Notes: a model not told the origin generated them from the letters alone. 62,992 bases of DNA, filler included, from Octopus bimaculoides (GCF_001194135.2; 4 parts of 3 records of this genome joined end to end with filler, not necessarily neighbours in it), one strand, 5' to 3'; positions 24,691 through 37,826 are shown, counted from the whole stretch's first letter. Program-made: numbers and translations.

Positions 24691-25268
24691 CTCTACAATG
24701 GCTCAAGTGAGACACAAAATAGTGTTTCCACATATACAAGCATTTTAGACTGCATATATAAGGAAACTAACTGGCATAGTCATTCACCAAGCTCTCAAAC
24801 AAATTCTCCTTGCCTTGCCTAAATGCGTATTTTAGTCATGCTAAATGAGTATTTTAGTCATTCAGTATATATATATATATATATACTAGCAGAAATACCC
24901 GACTTTGCCCAGGTTAAAGAGAATAATGAAATCTAAAAACGCTGTCTAGACTATGCAACCCTCAACTGTTAGTAGCTACGATACCATATTTCTGCATTAA
25001 TAACTCTCCAATCCATGCCAGCATGGAACATAGACATTGAGTGGAATGCCAGTCTCTCATCCAGGAGGGCCTTGAAATCAATATTACCAACTGGGGACTA
25101 TGTGTGTCGTAGTGATAATAAAAAGACCCAAAGGAGGCCTGCAACGAAATAATTTTACTCAACACTTTGCAAGTGAATCAGTGGAGGCAAAGATGCGTCT
25201 CATTTACTTGACAATTTATGCACCACATTGCAGAAATCACAATGTAAGTATATCTGAAAGGGTAGTCT

Positions 25269-25368
25269 NNNNNNNNNNNNNNNNNNNNNNNNNNNNNNNN
25301 NNNNNNNNNNNNTTAATTAATTAANNNNNNNNNNNNNNNNNNNNNNNNNNNNNNNNNNNNNNNNNNNN
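25269..25368. other. Artificial scaffold-join spacer, 44N-TTAATTAATTAA-44N
   Basis: Exactly 100 bp, identical at three sites; the 12-mer has stop codons in all six frames. Confidence 0.9.
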
Positions 25369-25400
<32 letters not shown>

Positions 25401-27262
25401 ACCCTCCGTCAACCAAATTTACTCTGAAGGTAAGACACGCCCATGGTTTTGTACAATGGAACTGAGCCTGAAGCACCGTGGTGGCAAAACGAGTTCCTTA
25501 TCCTGCATAGACATCGTTCTGCAAATTAGCATTTACTTGGTACATATTTGTATAAGGATTTCTCGTACAACGCAAAAGGCTACAGTTTTGAGGGAAAGAT
25601 TGCAATCACGTATTGACAGGATACTTGAGTGTGGTAAAGACAAAATTTTTGCTGTATTTAGTCATGGCTCTTTACTTTCTGAGTTCAAATCCCGCCGAGT
25701 TCAGTTTGGTTTTTAATCATTTCGAGATGGAGAAAATAAAGAGCAATCAAGTGCAAGAGTTTGTTTAATAAAGCTTCGTAGATGTGAATTGTATTATAAC
25801 AGAAGAAAAAGTTAGTTTAAGTGTCTGTCTGGTACTTCTTTGATCGGCTTTAGAAAGGTGATGAAGAACAAAGTCAATTCTGGCTGTATTTCAAATCAGG
25901 GTAGAGAGATTACATAATTAAACACTATAATTTCGTCATCCGATGAAGCAGATTTGTGTAATCTATAAACAGCCGATGACATCTAACAGACTGGAGCGTG
26001 TTCGCAGTTGTTCCCCTTATTAACAAATAAAGATCATGCTTTCTTTCCTCTAACCATGAAAATCAGCTATGAGAAGCTAATTATTTTTGTCGAAATTATT
26101 TCCCCTTTTCTTTCCTAGTTCTTGAAAATTGACGCTAGGCTTTTGTCTCCTTTCTCCATGAGCAAACATTTTAATTAAGAACTACTTTCGCAAATGACAT
26201 TCTGTATATGAAACCTTCGCTTATTTAACCATGAGTTATAACCACTGGCTGAGAAAATCTACTGCTGTAAACAGCTATAGTAGAATACAGTAGTTTAATG
26301 AAGTGGTCGTGGATAGAATGCAGGTCATAACTTCGACCAATCTATATATGAGCACAGTCATGATCATAAGGCTAAGAAGTCTGTTTCGCAATCACGTGGT
26401 TCTGGGTTCCATCCCGCTGCGAGGTCCTACTGCGAGCTTGCGTCCCGCTGGCATAGCTCTCAAAATCATTGAATTCGTCAATGATATACCGAACTTGAAC
26501 TTTGATTAACCTATAAGATTGATTGATTGATTGACTGACTGAATGAATGAATGAATGAATGAGTGAGTGAGCGAGTGAGTGAGTGACCGAACAATTAATC
26601 AAACAATCGATCAGTTAACTGGTTAAACGTCAACAAATTGATTGATAATGTTTATTATCGACATAATGACTCTTCCAAGATGCAACAAAGTATGTTTCAA
26701 TACACAAGTTCACATCAAGAATCTTGCAAACCAAATACAAAGGCGAAATATATGATTTATTTATTTGAAAACACTGTAATTGCAGATGTTCTTTGCGATT
26801 TATATACATTAACTGATGAGAATCCGTTATATGATAAATATTGCTTTAGGCATCTATAAAATGATACTCCCTGTGTTTCGTTTCTACTGCTTCAGTTTCA
26901 TGATATATGTGGACAGTATCTGGTATCAGAGCGAAATCAAGAACATCAGCTAAAACATTGATCTCAGTCAAACAAAATAAATAAAGAAATAAAAGCTTGA
27001 ACACCATCAATTTCTAGTCGACATGTCAAGAAAGAGAGAAATAGAAAGAGACAGGGAGAGAGAGATAGAGATGAAAAGAGAGGGAAGGAGAAAGAGAGAG
27101 AGAGGAGACAGAGAGGAACTGTGTTAGCGCGCGCATGCGTGGGAAGGTTGATTCATTGTATATAAATCACAATTTCAATCACTCTCAACAAACAGAACAT
27201 TATCAATAGATTCGCTTTCATTATATATCTATTTATATGTATATGTGTATATGTACATATAC

Positions 27263-27344
<82 letters not shown>

Positions 27345-27930
27345 AAATTCATGCTGCATCCAGACACAAACACCGTTAATTTTTAATCTCATTTAGAATA
27401 TTACATTCTTTGTAATTCTGGTTTTGGGATAAATATTAAGCGATGTAGTGAGCCAAAGCTATCGTTTGGCTATTGTTTCTGTATTTGGTGTTTGATATAC
27501 AGAAATGAAGGATGGTTTATTGAGTAAATATGCTTATTTTTGCTACAAAGTGGTTAAATAGCAAAGTGCTATAATAACATTGAAATAGTGGGAAAGAGTA
27601 GGCTATACCAATACCGATCACCAGAATGTCCAGTCCTTGTTGCGGTGTAATGGCTTGTGTGTCTCGATGATTCTGAGAGCTACACCGGTGTATGGCTTCC
27701 TATGCTGGACAGGTCAAAGGATAGGGGCCAGACTAATATGGATCACCTCTTCCTATAGGCAAAAATAGGTTTGTATATGGCCAATACCTCTATCTAGAAG
27801 AAAAAAAAAGGTTAAGTTACAGAAGCATCAGCAAGAATTGAAAACCAGCGAAACATAAGAGAAGAAGACCTTCTCTCAAGGAAAGGCGGAATACTAAGGC
27901 AGAGCTGAAAAAGTAGAGATCCAATTAGAA

Positions 27931-28183
27931 CAGTGGTGCTCAATCGGGGGTCATATGACCCTTGGAGGTCAATACAGATTCTGTTAAAATTTATGTGCAA
28001 TATATTGGCTCTGTTTCTACAATACACAAATCATTTTAACAATTTTTTAAAATACAATTCCTTATAATATTTAATTACAAAAATATTGTAGGATTTTTTA
28101 AAACACGGAATGGCTATGAGGGTCCACTTGAGCAAAATAGGAATCAAAGGGGTTCATGGGTAAAAACTGATTGAAAACCACTG
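27931..28183. mobile_element. hAT (Charlie-like) MITE
   Basis: TIRs cagtggtgctcaatc and gattgaaaaccactg; 8-bp flanks aattagaa and aactagag. Confidence 0.7.
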
Positions 28184-28513
28184 AACTAGAGAGTGGAATT
28201 CAGTGGAGAAAAATCGTCGATGGTTCCGTAGGGAGCGAAGGGTTTAAACGAAATGAATGATCACTATCGAGATGAGGTAAGCGTTGCTGGACAGTGGATA
28301 AATTATCCAAATAAAGCAAAGACGACAATTCAGAATTAATAAGAAATATTACTTTGAATAGGGTGACGCAGCGGAAATCCTGTAAATTTCCTTTCTCTTT
28401 TATTGTTGACTTAACAAGATGCCAAGCAACAAGCAATAGACCATAAGACCATAAGCGAGCCGCTTAACATGTTGTGAGCTTACAAAAGGAAAAGACAAAT
28501 ATATAATCTAAAG

Positions 28514-28901
28514 CAGCGGTTCTCAACCAGAGTTCTTGTGATCCCTGGTGGTCCCTATAAGATTTTTGGGGTCCACACAAGCAAAATAGTGAATTGGAAA
28601 TCCACAGTAATATTTTAAGGCTTCATGAAAAATTTATGCTTTTGATGCAATTTTTGCAAGAAGCAGCTAACTTTCTTTTTCTAACGCTTAACATAGTTCA
28701 ACATGTTTCCAGCCACTGAAACGTGTTCTCTCAGTGAGCGCGTTGGCAAACCGACGCAAGTGAACGTATGAAAAACAAAATATGAATTTTGAAAGATGTC
28801 TCTATAGAACTAGTTTTTAAACATCGAATGGATAGGGATGGGCATCAGAATAAAATAGTAATCAAAGGATCCTTAGAAAAAAAAATGGCTGAGAACCGCA
28901 G
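28514..28901. mobile_element. hAT (Charlie-like) MITE
   Basis: TIRs cagcggttctcaacc and ggctgagaaccgcag; TSD atctaaag/gtctaaag (7 of 8 match). Confidence 0.8.
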
Positions 28902-29234
28902 GTCTAAAGAGAAGTAGATCTAAGAATAATAAACGCAAAATTTTAAAGAATTAAGATCATATTAATCTAGGAAACAAGAAAAAGAATAGCGACAGATACT
29001 CGAGGAAAAAACCATTGGAGTTGAAGTACTTCTTCCATTGCGGGGGCGAGGACGACAACGGTCAAAAGACGTGTCACTTTAAGAGGATATACAAAAGTTG
29101 ATGTTTCGATAGAATAATGACTGTAGAAGTATTTATAGAGTAAAGATGAAGAGGCAATGTCCTATGATATTTCCTATTATGTAGATGTTAGATAACTTCT
29201 TTCGATGTAATGTTTATTTTACATTTTGTTATCT

Positions 29235-29840
29235 GGTGAATAGCTTAATCCATTGTATCCGGCGGATAGTCTTTTTCGTTGGTATCTGGCGGATAGCTTA
29301 CTCTTTGGCGTTCAGTGGATAGCTTACTCCTTACCCAGTGGATAGTTTATTCGCATTTGGCCTAATCTGTATATTTGTTTGTACTGAATCTAGGTAATAA
29401 CAGGACAGGTAAAATGACACAGGCAATGATACAGGTAAAAATTACACTGGTAATTCCACAGATAAAAATGTCATTTTTACCTGTGCTATTTTTCAGCTAT
29501 GCCATTATTTCCTGGCTCCTTTTCACAAGTATCATTTTCATTTGGGCTCATTTTTATCTGTCATTTTTAAATGTGTTGTTTTTACTTGTGCCGTTTTTCA
29601 CTTATGGCACTATCACCTGTGCCATTTTCCCCTTATACCATTATTACCTGTGCCATTTTTCACTTATGGCATTATTACCATTATCATTTTTCACTTATGG
29701 CATCATTACCTGTGCCACTATTACTTGTGCCCTTTTTAATTGAGCATTTTTATCTGTTATTTTTACATGTGCTGCTTTTACCTGGGCCATTTTTACCTGT
29801 GCCTTTTTTCATCAGTATCATTATTTCCCGTGCCATTTTT
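29235..29840. repeat. Degenerate short-period tandem arrays (GGATAGCTTACTC-like, and ~15-bp TTTTTACCTGTGCCA in both orientations)
   Basis: ACAGGTAAAA-type copies at about 29400-29470 face TTTTACCTGT-type copies at 29475-29830. Confidence 0.7.
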
Positions 29841-29855
29841 GCCTCTGTCAAAAGG

Positions 29856-30060
29856 CAGTGAGCTGGAAAAATCGTTAGTACACAAGACGAAATGCTTGCT
29901 TAACAGCATTTCATCCGATTTTACGTTCTGAACCAAAATTCTGCCGAGGTCGACTGTGTTTTTCATTTTTTCGGGGTCGTTAAAATAAGTACCACTCGAG
30001 CACTGAAGTCGATACAGCTGACTAGGCCCTTCCTACACATTTCAGGTCTTGTACTAATAA
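29856..30060 (+). mobile_element. F3 (Deu/Nin-like) SINE
   Basis: ggcagtgagctggaaaaatcgttag...gccgaggtcgac...cggggtcgttaaaataagtacc. Confidence 0.75.
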
Positions 30061-30510
30061 TAGAAACAATTATTACCTGTGCGATTATCACTGTGCACTG
30101 TTTGCACCTTCCCCTATATATTGTGGTGGTGGTGGTCGTCGTCGCTGTTGTTGTTGAACTCCGGGCCAAGCCAGAGCGAAGAGGCTTATCTTCAGAAGCT
30201 ATCCAGTTCTGACCAACCCGTCTCTTTTCTATGTGCAATGAACCTTGGATACCATTATCCGTATGTCGTTATTTAAACGATAGATCGTAATCTGAAGGGC
30301 ATTTATTTGACTGTTATTTCAAGCAACCAGGTAGTATCTTCCCTATTGGCTCACGTCTCTATGTATTTGTATATGTGGGTGGATCTCTACGTATATGCCT
30401 GTCTGTTCACGAGCGTGCTCTTATGTAACATACATACATACAAACAGAATGACAAAGAGAGAGGAGATTGATATAGCATGTCAATATGTGTACGTCTGTA
30501 TGGATATGCA

Positions 30511-30542
<32 letters not shown>

Positions 30543-31540
30543 TCTTCGTCTTCTTCGTTGTTGTTGTCTCTTCCTCGTCATATATCATATGTCAGTTTTG
30601 AGAGGAACGTAAACATGTTGGTTTTATAAAAAAACATCACCAGTTTTCCCGCCCACATCGAATCAGTTGAGAATATAAAGTGGCAGATTTAGGTTTAGGA
30701 TTAGGTTCACTGAAGTCTTCAACATCTTGCTTAAATTACACACACACGCGCTCGCGCGCAGAATATGTGTACCTGATCTATATATATATAATATATATAN
30801 NNNNNNNNNNNNNNNNNNNNNNNNNNNNNNNNNNNNNNNNNNNNNNNNNNNNNNNNNNNNNNNNNNNNNNNNNNNNNNNNNNNNNNNNNNNNNNNNNNNN
30901 NNNNNNNNNNNNNNNNNNNNNNNNNNNNNNNNNNNNNNNNNNNNNNNNNNNNNNNNNNNNNNNNNNNNNNNNNNNNNNNNNNNNNNNNNNNNNNNNNNNN
31001 NNNNNNNNNNNNNNNNNNNNNNNNNNNNNNNNNNNNNNNNNNNNNNNNNNNNNNNNNNATATATATGTATATGTATACATATATACATGTGTGTATATAT
31101 ATATGTATGTATATGTATATATATATATGTGTGTGTGTGTGTACACATACATATAACATATATATATATATACATATATACATACATACATACGCACATA
31201 CACACACACACGTATGTATGTATGTCTACCTTACATTAGTACAAGTGTTTTCAATGCCAAGTCATTTTCTCAAAGGTGAACGTTTATACATACATACATA
31301 CATACATACATATATGGTGATGTCTCCATCTTCACAAATGATTGCCGTCTCCTTGTGCTTCCTCGTTGTGAATAGCATTTCTGACATTCTGTCCATGACC
31401 TCTCAGGTGAGTTATCAGTACCGCTGAAGATCTGCATGCTTTCAAGCTCACTTCTAGTCGACAGTTGTAAGTTACCGCGCGCTTCCTACTGGTTGGGTTT
31501 GCGCATTTCACCACTCTTCCGTCCCCATAAATTCGGAGAC

Positions 31541-31585
<45 letters not shown>

Positions 31586-32273
31586 NNNNNNNNNNNNNNN
31601 NNNNNNNNNNNNNNNNNNNNNNNNNNNNNNNNNNNNNNNNNNNNNNNNNNNNNNNNNNNNNNNNNNNNNNNNNNNNNNNNNNNNNNNNNNNNNNNNNNNN
31701 NNNNNNNNNNNNNNNNNNNNNNNNNNNNNNNNNNNNNNNNNNNNNNNNNNNNNNNNNNNNNNNNNNNNNNNNNNNNNNNNNNNNNNNNNNNNNNNNNNNN
31801 NNNNNNNNNNNNNNNNNNNNNNNNNNNNNNNNNNNNNNNNNNNNNNNNNNNNNNNNNNNNNNNNNNNNNNNNNNNNNNNNNNNNNNNNNNNNNNNNNNNN
31901 NNNNNNNNNNNNNNNNNNNNNNNNNNNNNNNNNNNNNNNNNNNNNNNNNNNNNNNNNNNNNNNNNNNNNNNNNNNNNNNNNNNNNNNNNNNNNNNNNNNN
32001 NNNNNNNNNNNNNNNNNNNNNNNNNNNNNNNNNNNNNNNNNNNNNNNNNNNNNNNNNNNNNNNNNNNNNNNNNNNNNNNNNNNNNNNNNNNNNNNNNNNN
32101 NNNNNNNNNNNNNNNNNNNNNNNNNNNNNNNNNNNNNNNNNNNNNNNNNNNNNNNNNNNNNNNNNNNNNNNNNNNNNNNNNNNNNNNNNNNNNNNNNNNN
32201 NNNNNNNNNNNNNNNNNNNNNNNNNNNNNNNNNNNNNNNNNNNNNNNNNNNNNNNNNNNNNNNNNNNNNNNNN

Positions 32274-32327
<54 letters not shown>

Positions 32328-32328
32328 T

Positions 32329-32362
<34 letters not shown>

Positions 32363-32699
32363 TCACACTCACACACACACACTCGCACACGCACACAGAC
32401 TTACACATACTCTCTCACATTTCAACTAACACAGAATTTAACGTTGGAAATCCATGAAACGTTCAACACAAATATTCCATCTATACCAGCATCATTGTGT
32501 CTACTTATGAGGTCGTTGAACAGATTTATGACCAAAGGCATTCCACCTTTGCCCATCACGCCTTTTACCTATGTGCAGAGAACGCTCGATCGCTTTATCC
32601 AACGTATACTTATTTCTAAGACTGTAAAATGTGATTTAACGAAAATTCAGCTATTATTTCTAACATGTCTGGTGATTCCCGTAAACTTCGTTAAAGGGC

Positions 32700-32970
32700 C
32701 TTTCTACACTTGACAAAAACGTTCCGTCATCCACAAAGCTGGAATCAATGGCGTAGACTCGCAGCTTGTTCTCTCCATCTCTCTTCTACTGCTACTATAA
32801 CGAAGTCCGCCCTTATATGTACATAATGGATTTATGTATACCCATTCACTCCAGGTTCTTCTAGGCTCAACCGAGACATGGTCTTTTCTCTTCGCATTGA
32901 CCCATACTCCCACTTTCCCCAAATCCTCCTTCACCATAACTGTGTCCCACTGGAATTCATTCCCCAATTC
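32700..32970 (-). pseudogene. Possible RTE AP-endonuclease remnant
   Basis: VGVWVNAKRKDHVSVEPR...YINPLCTYKGGL loosely resembles GVGI.V......V.V.R..DR...ISAYAPQ.G. Confidence 0.25.
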
Positions 32971-32994
32971 ACTCTACACACATCTCTGTAGAAG

Positions 32995-33225
32995 AGTGCG
33001 GATTAGTGGTTAGGGTGTTGAACTCATGATCATAAGATTGTGGTTTCGATTCCTGGACCGGGCGACGCGTTGTGTTCTTGAGCAAAACACTTCATTTCAC
33101 ATTACTCTAGTCCACTCAGCTGGCAAAAATTGAGTTATCCTGAACCGATGTCCCGTCCAGGCGGGGAATTTATACGCCATTGAAACCGGGAAGAGTCGGT
33201 ATGACTCGAGGAGGTAACCTTTACC
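32995..33225 (+). mobile_element. tRNA-headed SINE with a Meta/V-like central domain, family F2
   Basis: A box tagtggttag, B box gtttcgattcc, then gttgtgttcttgagcaaaacacttcatttcac...gtccactcagctgg. Confidence 0.8.
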
Positions 33226-33283
33226 GTTCTCTACTTACAACTTTCCTGTAGACGCCAATTTAGATGCTTTATATGCCTAAATT

Positions 33284-33591
33284 GGGGCCTAGTGGTTAGA
33301 GCAGCGGACTCACGGTCGAGGGATCGCAGGTTCGGATCTCAGACGGGGCGATGTGTGTGTTTATGAGCGAAACACCTAATCTCCACGCGGCTCCGGCAGA
33401 AGGTAATGGCGAACATCTGCTGACTCTTTCGCCACAACTTTGTCTCACTCTTTCCTCCTGCATCTAGCAGCTCACCTGCGACGAACCGGCGTCCCGTCCA
33501 GGTGGGGAACCTATACGTCAATGAAACTGGGAAACCGGCCCTCATGAGCCAGACATGGCTCGAGAAGGAACAAACAACAACAACAACAACA
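33284..33591 (+). mobile_element. tRNA-headed SINE (F2-related) with a (CAA)n tail
   Basis: ggggcctagtggttagagcagcggac...ggttcggatctc. Shares cctgcgacgaaccggcgtcccgtccagg with 46686-46712 and ends caacaacaac. Confidence 0.8.
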
Positions 33592-33625
33592 GCATATGCT
33601 TAAATTGAACACCTGTTATCAACCC

Positions 33626-33835
33626 GTCGAGTCGGCAAAATCGTTAGCATGCCCGTCACAATGCTTAATGGCATTTCGCCCGTCTTTGCGTTCAGAGTTC
33701 AAATTCTGCCGAGGTCGACGTTGCCTTTCATCCTTTCGAAGTCGATAAAATAAGTACCAGTTGATCAATGGGGTCGGTGTAATCGATTTAGCCCTTCCAC
33801 GAATTTGCCCTCCTTATGCCGAAATTTGAAACCAA
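33626..33835 (+). mobile_element. F3 (Deu/Nin-like) SINE, CpG-intact
   Basis: gttcaaattctgccgaggtcgacgttgcctttcatcctttcgaagtcgataaaataagtaccag. Confidence 0.8.
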
Positions 33836-35036
33836 TATACCTGAAAAACCTTCGCACTCGAAATCCTGGGCCTACTTTACAGTAGCAATGACAGTAATAG
33901 CAATGTAATCGATCACATTAGAATCTCTGCTTCTCCTTTAGTAGAACCACACCTATTTTGGTAGTTATTAGTTTGCAGTTAGGTATCTAAATCAGTGACG
34001 TTGTAGTTTATCTTACTGACGATAGACAAACTACCAAGCAACATCCTCTCGAGTCGACTCGACTCGCTCAGATGCAACTCAATTAAATATACATGTACAC
34101 AGCATCAAGTAACTGCGATTAACTTGTACATAATGCTTACCCGTCATTGTTGGGCTCTATGTATAATGGAAGCGTGTCTATTTGGTTTTAACCTTTCATA
34201 ACAACTAGTATTTCTGCCAACTTTACACTTTTGGAATATTAATTACCCCAATAAAAACAAAATCTGAATTGTTGAAATCCTTCTCTTTCTCTTTCTCTGA
34301 TGAACAGCAATCTTTACAACAGATGTTCGCATTCGTCCTGGTGCTGTCTGTTTGACAATATTGCGCCTGAGCTAGATTGTTATTCAAAAAATATCGCATA
34401 CATTTATCAAATAAAAAACATTCGATTTACATTCGAATCAGCAGTTAAGAAATATAGAGCGCTGAAAAGTCTCCAAATAACTATTTTAAACAAACTACCT
34501 ACCTGGGTAATGATAATTTATTTATTTATTTATTAGTAAATTTTCATGAAACGTACACTGCCAAATTGCCAAGCTGGTAACTCTAGATTTGGCGAGAAAT
34601 TCTCTTAACAGTAATGGAAATTTTATCTGCAGAATCTGTAAGGTGTTTCAGAATTAAACCAAAAGAATCATGTGGGAGGTTCTGAAAGAAATGAATATTT
34701 TAGCGAGTAATTCTCTCAGTTACATACAAGTTGCAGATAACGTTATACGTAGTATCAAACAACAAAAAGAAAATACATTTTTTTCATTCTATTTTGTGTG
34801 TGTGTGTGTGTATGTGTGTGTGTGCGTGCATGTGTGTGAATGCGTGTGTGTCTGTGTGTGTGTATTGGCATCGACCATAGAGAACTTGACTCTTCTTAGA
34901 AATTTTATGCCTACATATATATATATGTAGGCATAAATATACTATATACATATATTATATAAATATACAGTATATTTATATGATATATGTATATAATATA
35001 TATGCGTATGTACGTATGTATGTATATAATGTAATG

Positions 35037-35087
<51 letters not shown>

Positions 35088-35166
35088 GAAGTATTTTCTT
35101 AGTTTAACTTTCGTATTTTTCTTAGTGTTATCAGTTTTAAATATAATCTGTTCTATTAATTCGATA

Positions 35167-35167
<1 letters not shown>

Positions 35168-35254
<87 letters not shown>
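35168..35254. repeat. (TTA)n microsatellite
   Basis: Read directly from the sequence. Confidence 0.97.
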
Positions 35255-35783
35255 TAAGTTGAGCATTAAACGTTGATACAATCCAATACATAAACCAGGG
35301 TGTTTTCTCATTCCGTTCTTCTTCTTATAATTGAATCGAGGTACGTCAGAGTTATTTTCAACAATTTACATTTAACAAGCGAGTGGGTGAAACTGACCTG
35401 ACAAGAAAGCATGCCAGATAAAACAAAGAATGCAAGGTCAGAGTTCATGAACCGACCACCGTATTTTAAAATAAGACTGCTCCTGACATAATAAACGCCA
35501 TATGATTAAAGGGTGAAGCAAACGAAAATATTTACATAACACTAACAGTAATAGTTCTTGCTAATTTTAGCGGAAAATCAGCAGTTTTGAGGGATGGGGC
35601 AAATCAAATACATCGGCATCAGTACTTGACAGGCACTTTATTTTACCAACTGCAAAAAGATGAAAAGAAAAAATTATTTCAACCGGTTTTGAGCGTAACA
35701 TGTAGAGTAAAAATAAACGTCGTTAGGAATTTTGTCGACGATTCTGCCAGCTCGGTGCCCTTTGAGAGAGAGGGAGATGCTTC

Positions 35784-36028
35784 TTGAGTGATACGGACTT
35801 GTAGGGCCGTTTTCTGGTTTATGTGGCGTATATATTTTACCCCTTGGAAGATCCCCACCCCCGGATAGGACGTCAGTCCATCGCAGGGTTACTCATTTTT
35901 GCCAACTGAGAGAACTGGAGTAACGTGAAATGAAGTGTTTTGCTCAAGAAAACAACACATCCCCCGGTCCAGGAATCAAAACCACACTCGTACAACCAAT
36001 ACCCTAATCACTGGGCCACTCTATGCCT
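35784..36028 (-). mobile_element. F2 SINE
   Basis: Reverse complement of the 32995-type element (gtgaaatgaagtgttttgctcaagaa). Confidence 0.75.
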
Positions 36029-37183
36029 TTACATAACAGCAATAGTAAAATACCACTCAGTGAGATTATCAGGGCTATAAACTTTAGCAAGGGCATGGTT
36101 GGCTGTCTGGTTAAAAAATTTCACAAGTAACCATATGCTTCCGAGTTCGATCCACAGTACAGATCCTTGAGCAAGTGTCTTTCACTATATTCTAGGGTGT
36201 ATCACCGCCTTAAAGGTGCATGGCTCAGTGGTTAGAACATCAAGCTCACAATCATGAGGTAGTGAGATCGATTTCCGGACTGGGCTGTGTGTTGCTTTCT
36301 TGAGCAGTTCACTCAGATATCTATCTATCTGTCTATCTATTTGTCTGTCTGTCTGTCTGTCTATCTATCTAGAAATGAGTTGCGACATCACTGTTGCCAA
36401 GCTATATCTGCCTTTGCCTTTCCCTTGGTGGCACGGAGAGGCGAGGCTGGTATACATGGGCGACTGCTAGTCTTCCATAAACAACAGTGCCCAGATTTAT
36501 GCCTCGGAGGATAACTTTCTGGATGAAATCTCATGGTCATTCATAACCGAAGAGGGTCTTTACCCTTTTCATCACCGCCATAGGCAGTGGCATAGCTTGA
36601 CAGTTAGGGACAGCGACGGCTGAATTAGTCTTCGCCCACAGAATGATTTCACCTGCTATTTCTTGGCAGCCACAGCTGCCTTGAGCCGGTTTTCTCTGCT
36701 ATGGCTATGTCCTTATTGATTTTTTATTGATTTTTTTTTTTTTGACAAATGCCTTGTCGACCAAGTCCTGATATTTTTTTAGCTGGTAAAAAATGTCAAG
36801 TCTGTCCTCTGAGGGTACTGTGGTCATTAATCTTATAACTCTGTCTCCTCACTTATAGTTGTAATTCTGTTTTGAGCCCTCGGATTTATGAGGAGAGTTA
36901 CCCGCTGTCCATGGCGTATAAGTGACCAGGATCACAGCATTCCCCCATGAACAGGAAGGCGATCATTCGCAAGGTTACCAATTTACAGCTGAGTAAACTG
37001 GAGCAACGAGAAATGAAATATATTGCTTAAAGGAAAAAAACGCAGTCACAGTGCCCGGCCTGGAAATCGAAACCACTATCCGACGATCGTTAGTGCAACA
37101 GCCTAACCACTAGGCCACGCCTCTTCACTTTCTCCTCACGGCGGGCGTAATTATAGCTAAAATATACTTGCTCACTTTATTAA

Positions 37184-37400
37184 CCCTTTAGCTTTTAAAC
37201 GGCTATATCAAGCCCAAATATTTCACCTGTTCTATATTGAAACAGGCCAGATCCGACGTCTCACACCTATCCTACAATGTTATTCTTAAAATAAACAATC
37301 ACATCATCAAAATCTTGAAACTACAAGATGACACGTTTAATCCAATCCAATATGAATAAATAAATATTATATCTGACTGAATAATCTGAATGCCAAAGGG
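37184..37400. mobile_element. piggyBac-type MITE, 217 bp
   Basis: TTAA|ccctttagctttt...ctgaatgccaaaggg|TTAA: TTAA TSD with CCCTT/AAGGG ends. Confidence 0.85.
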
Positions 37401-37645
37401 TTAACTATGCTAGCAGTAATTTTTACCTTAAAAGAAGAGTCGATTAAGTAAAAGGGGTTAATGCTTAAAATACTGTCTGTGTGATGGCTGTAAACTTCTT
37501 GAATAGAATGCAACCATTTCTCCTGCATACCAAATAACCGTTCGACCAAAACCGTATGACTGTAAAACAAATGAAATAGCTGACTAACCAACCGACACCA
37601 ACTAACTTATTAAACAAATAAACACCAATTAATCTTGCCTGTCTG

Positions 37646-37784
37646 TTTATGTATGTATGTATGTATGTATGTATGTATGTATGTATGTATGTATGTATGT
37701 ATGTATGTATTTATGTATGTATGTATGTACGTATGTATGTATTATGTATGTATGTATGTATGTATGTATGTATGTATGTATCTT

Positions 37785-37826
<42 letters not shown>

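Noticed and set aside
25313-25324. TTAATTAATTAA as a biological motif
   Set aside because: It is always centred in exactly 44+44 Ns, which marks it as an assembly spacer.
26846-26949. Possible - strand terminal exon (DVLDFALIPDTVHIYHETEAVETKHREYHFIDA*)
   Set aside because: Short, with no homology, and within chance expectation.
33284-33350. tRNA-like sequences (also at 32995, 46536, 57241 and others)
   Set aside because: A and B boxes are present but there is no complete cloverleaf or acceptor stem; each runs into a SINE body and tail.
34248-34390. Cys-rich - strand frame (YCQTDSTRTNANICCKDCCSSERKRKRR) resembling a secreted peptide
   Set aside because: The Cys spacing matches no family I know, the basic run comes from a (GA)-rich microsatellite, and there is no start or signal peptide.
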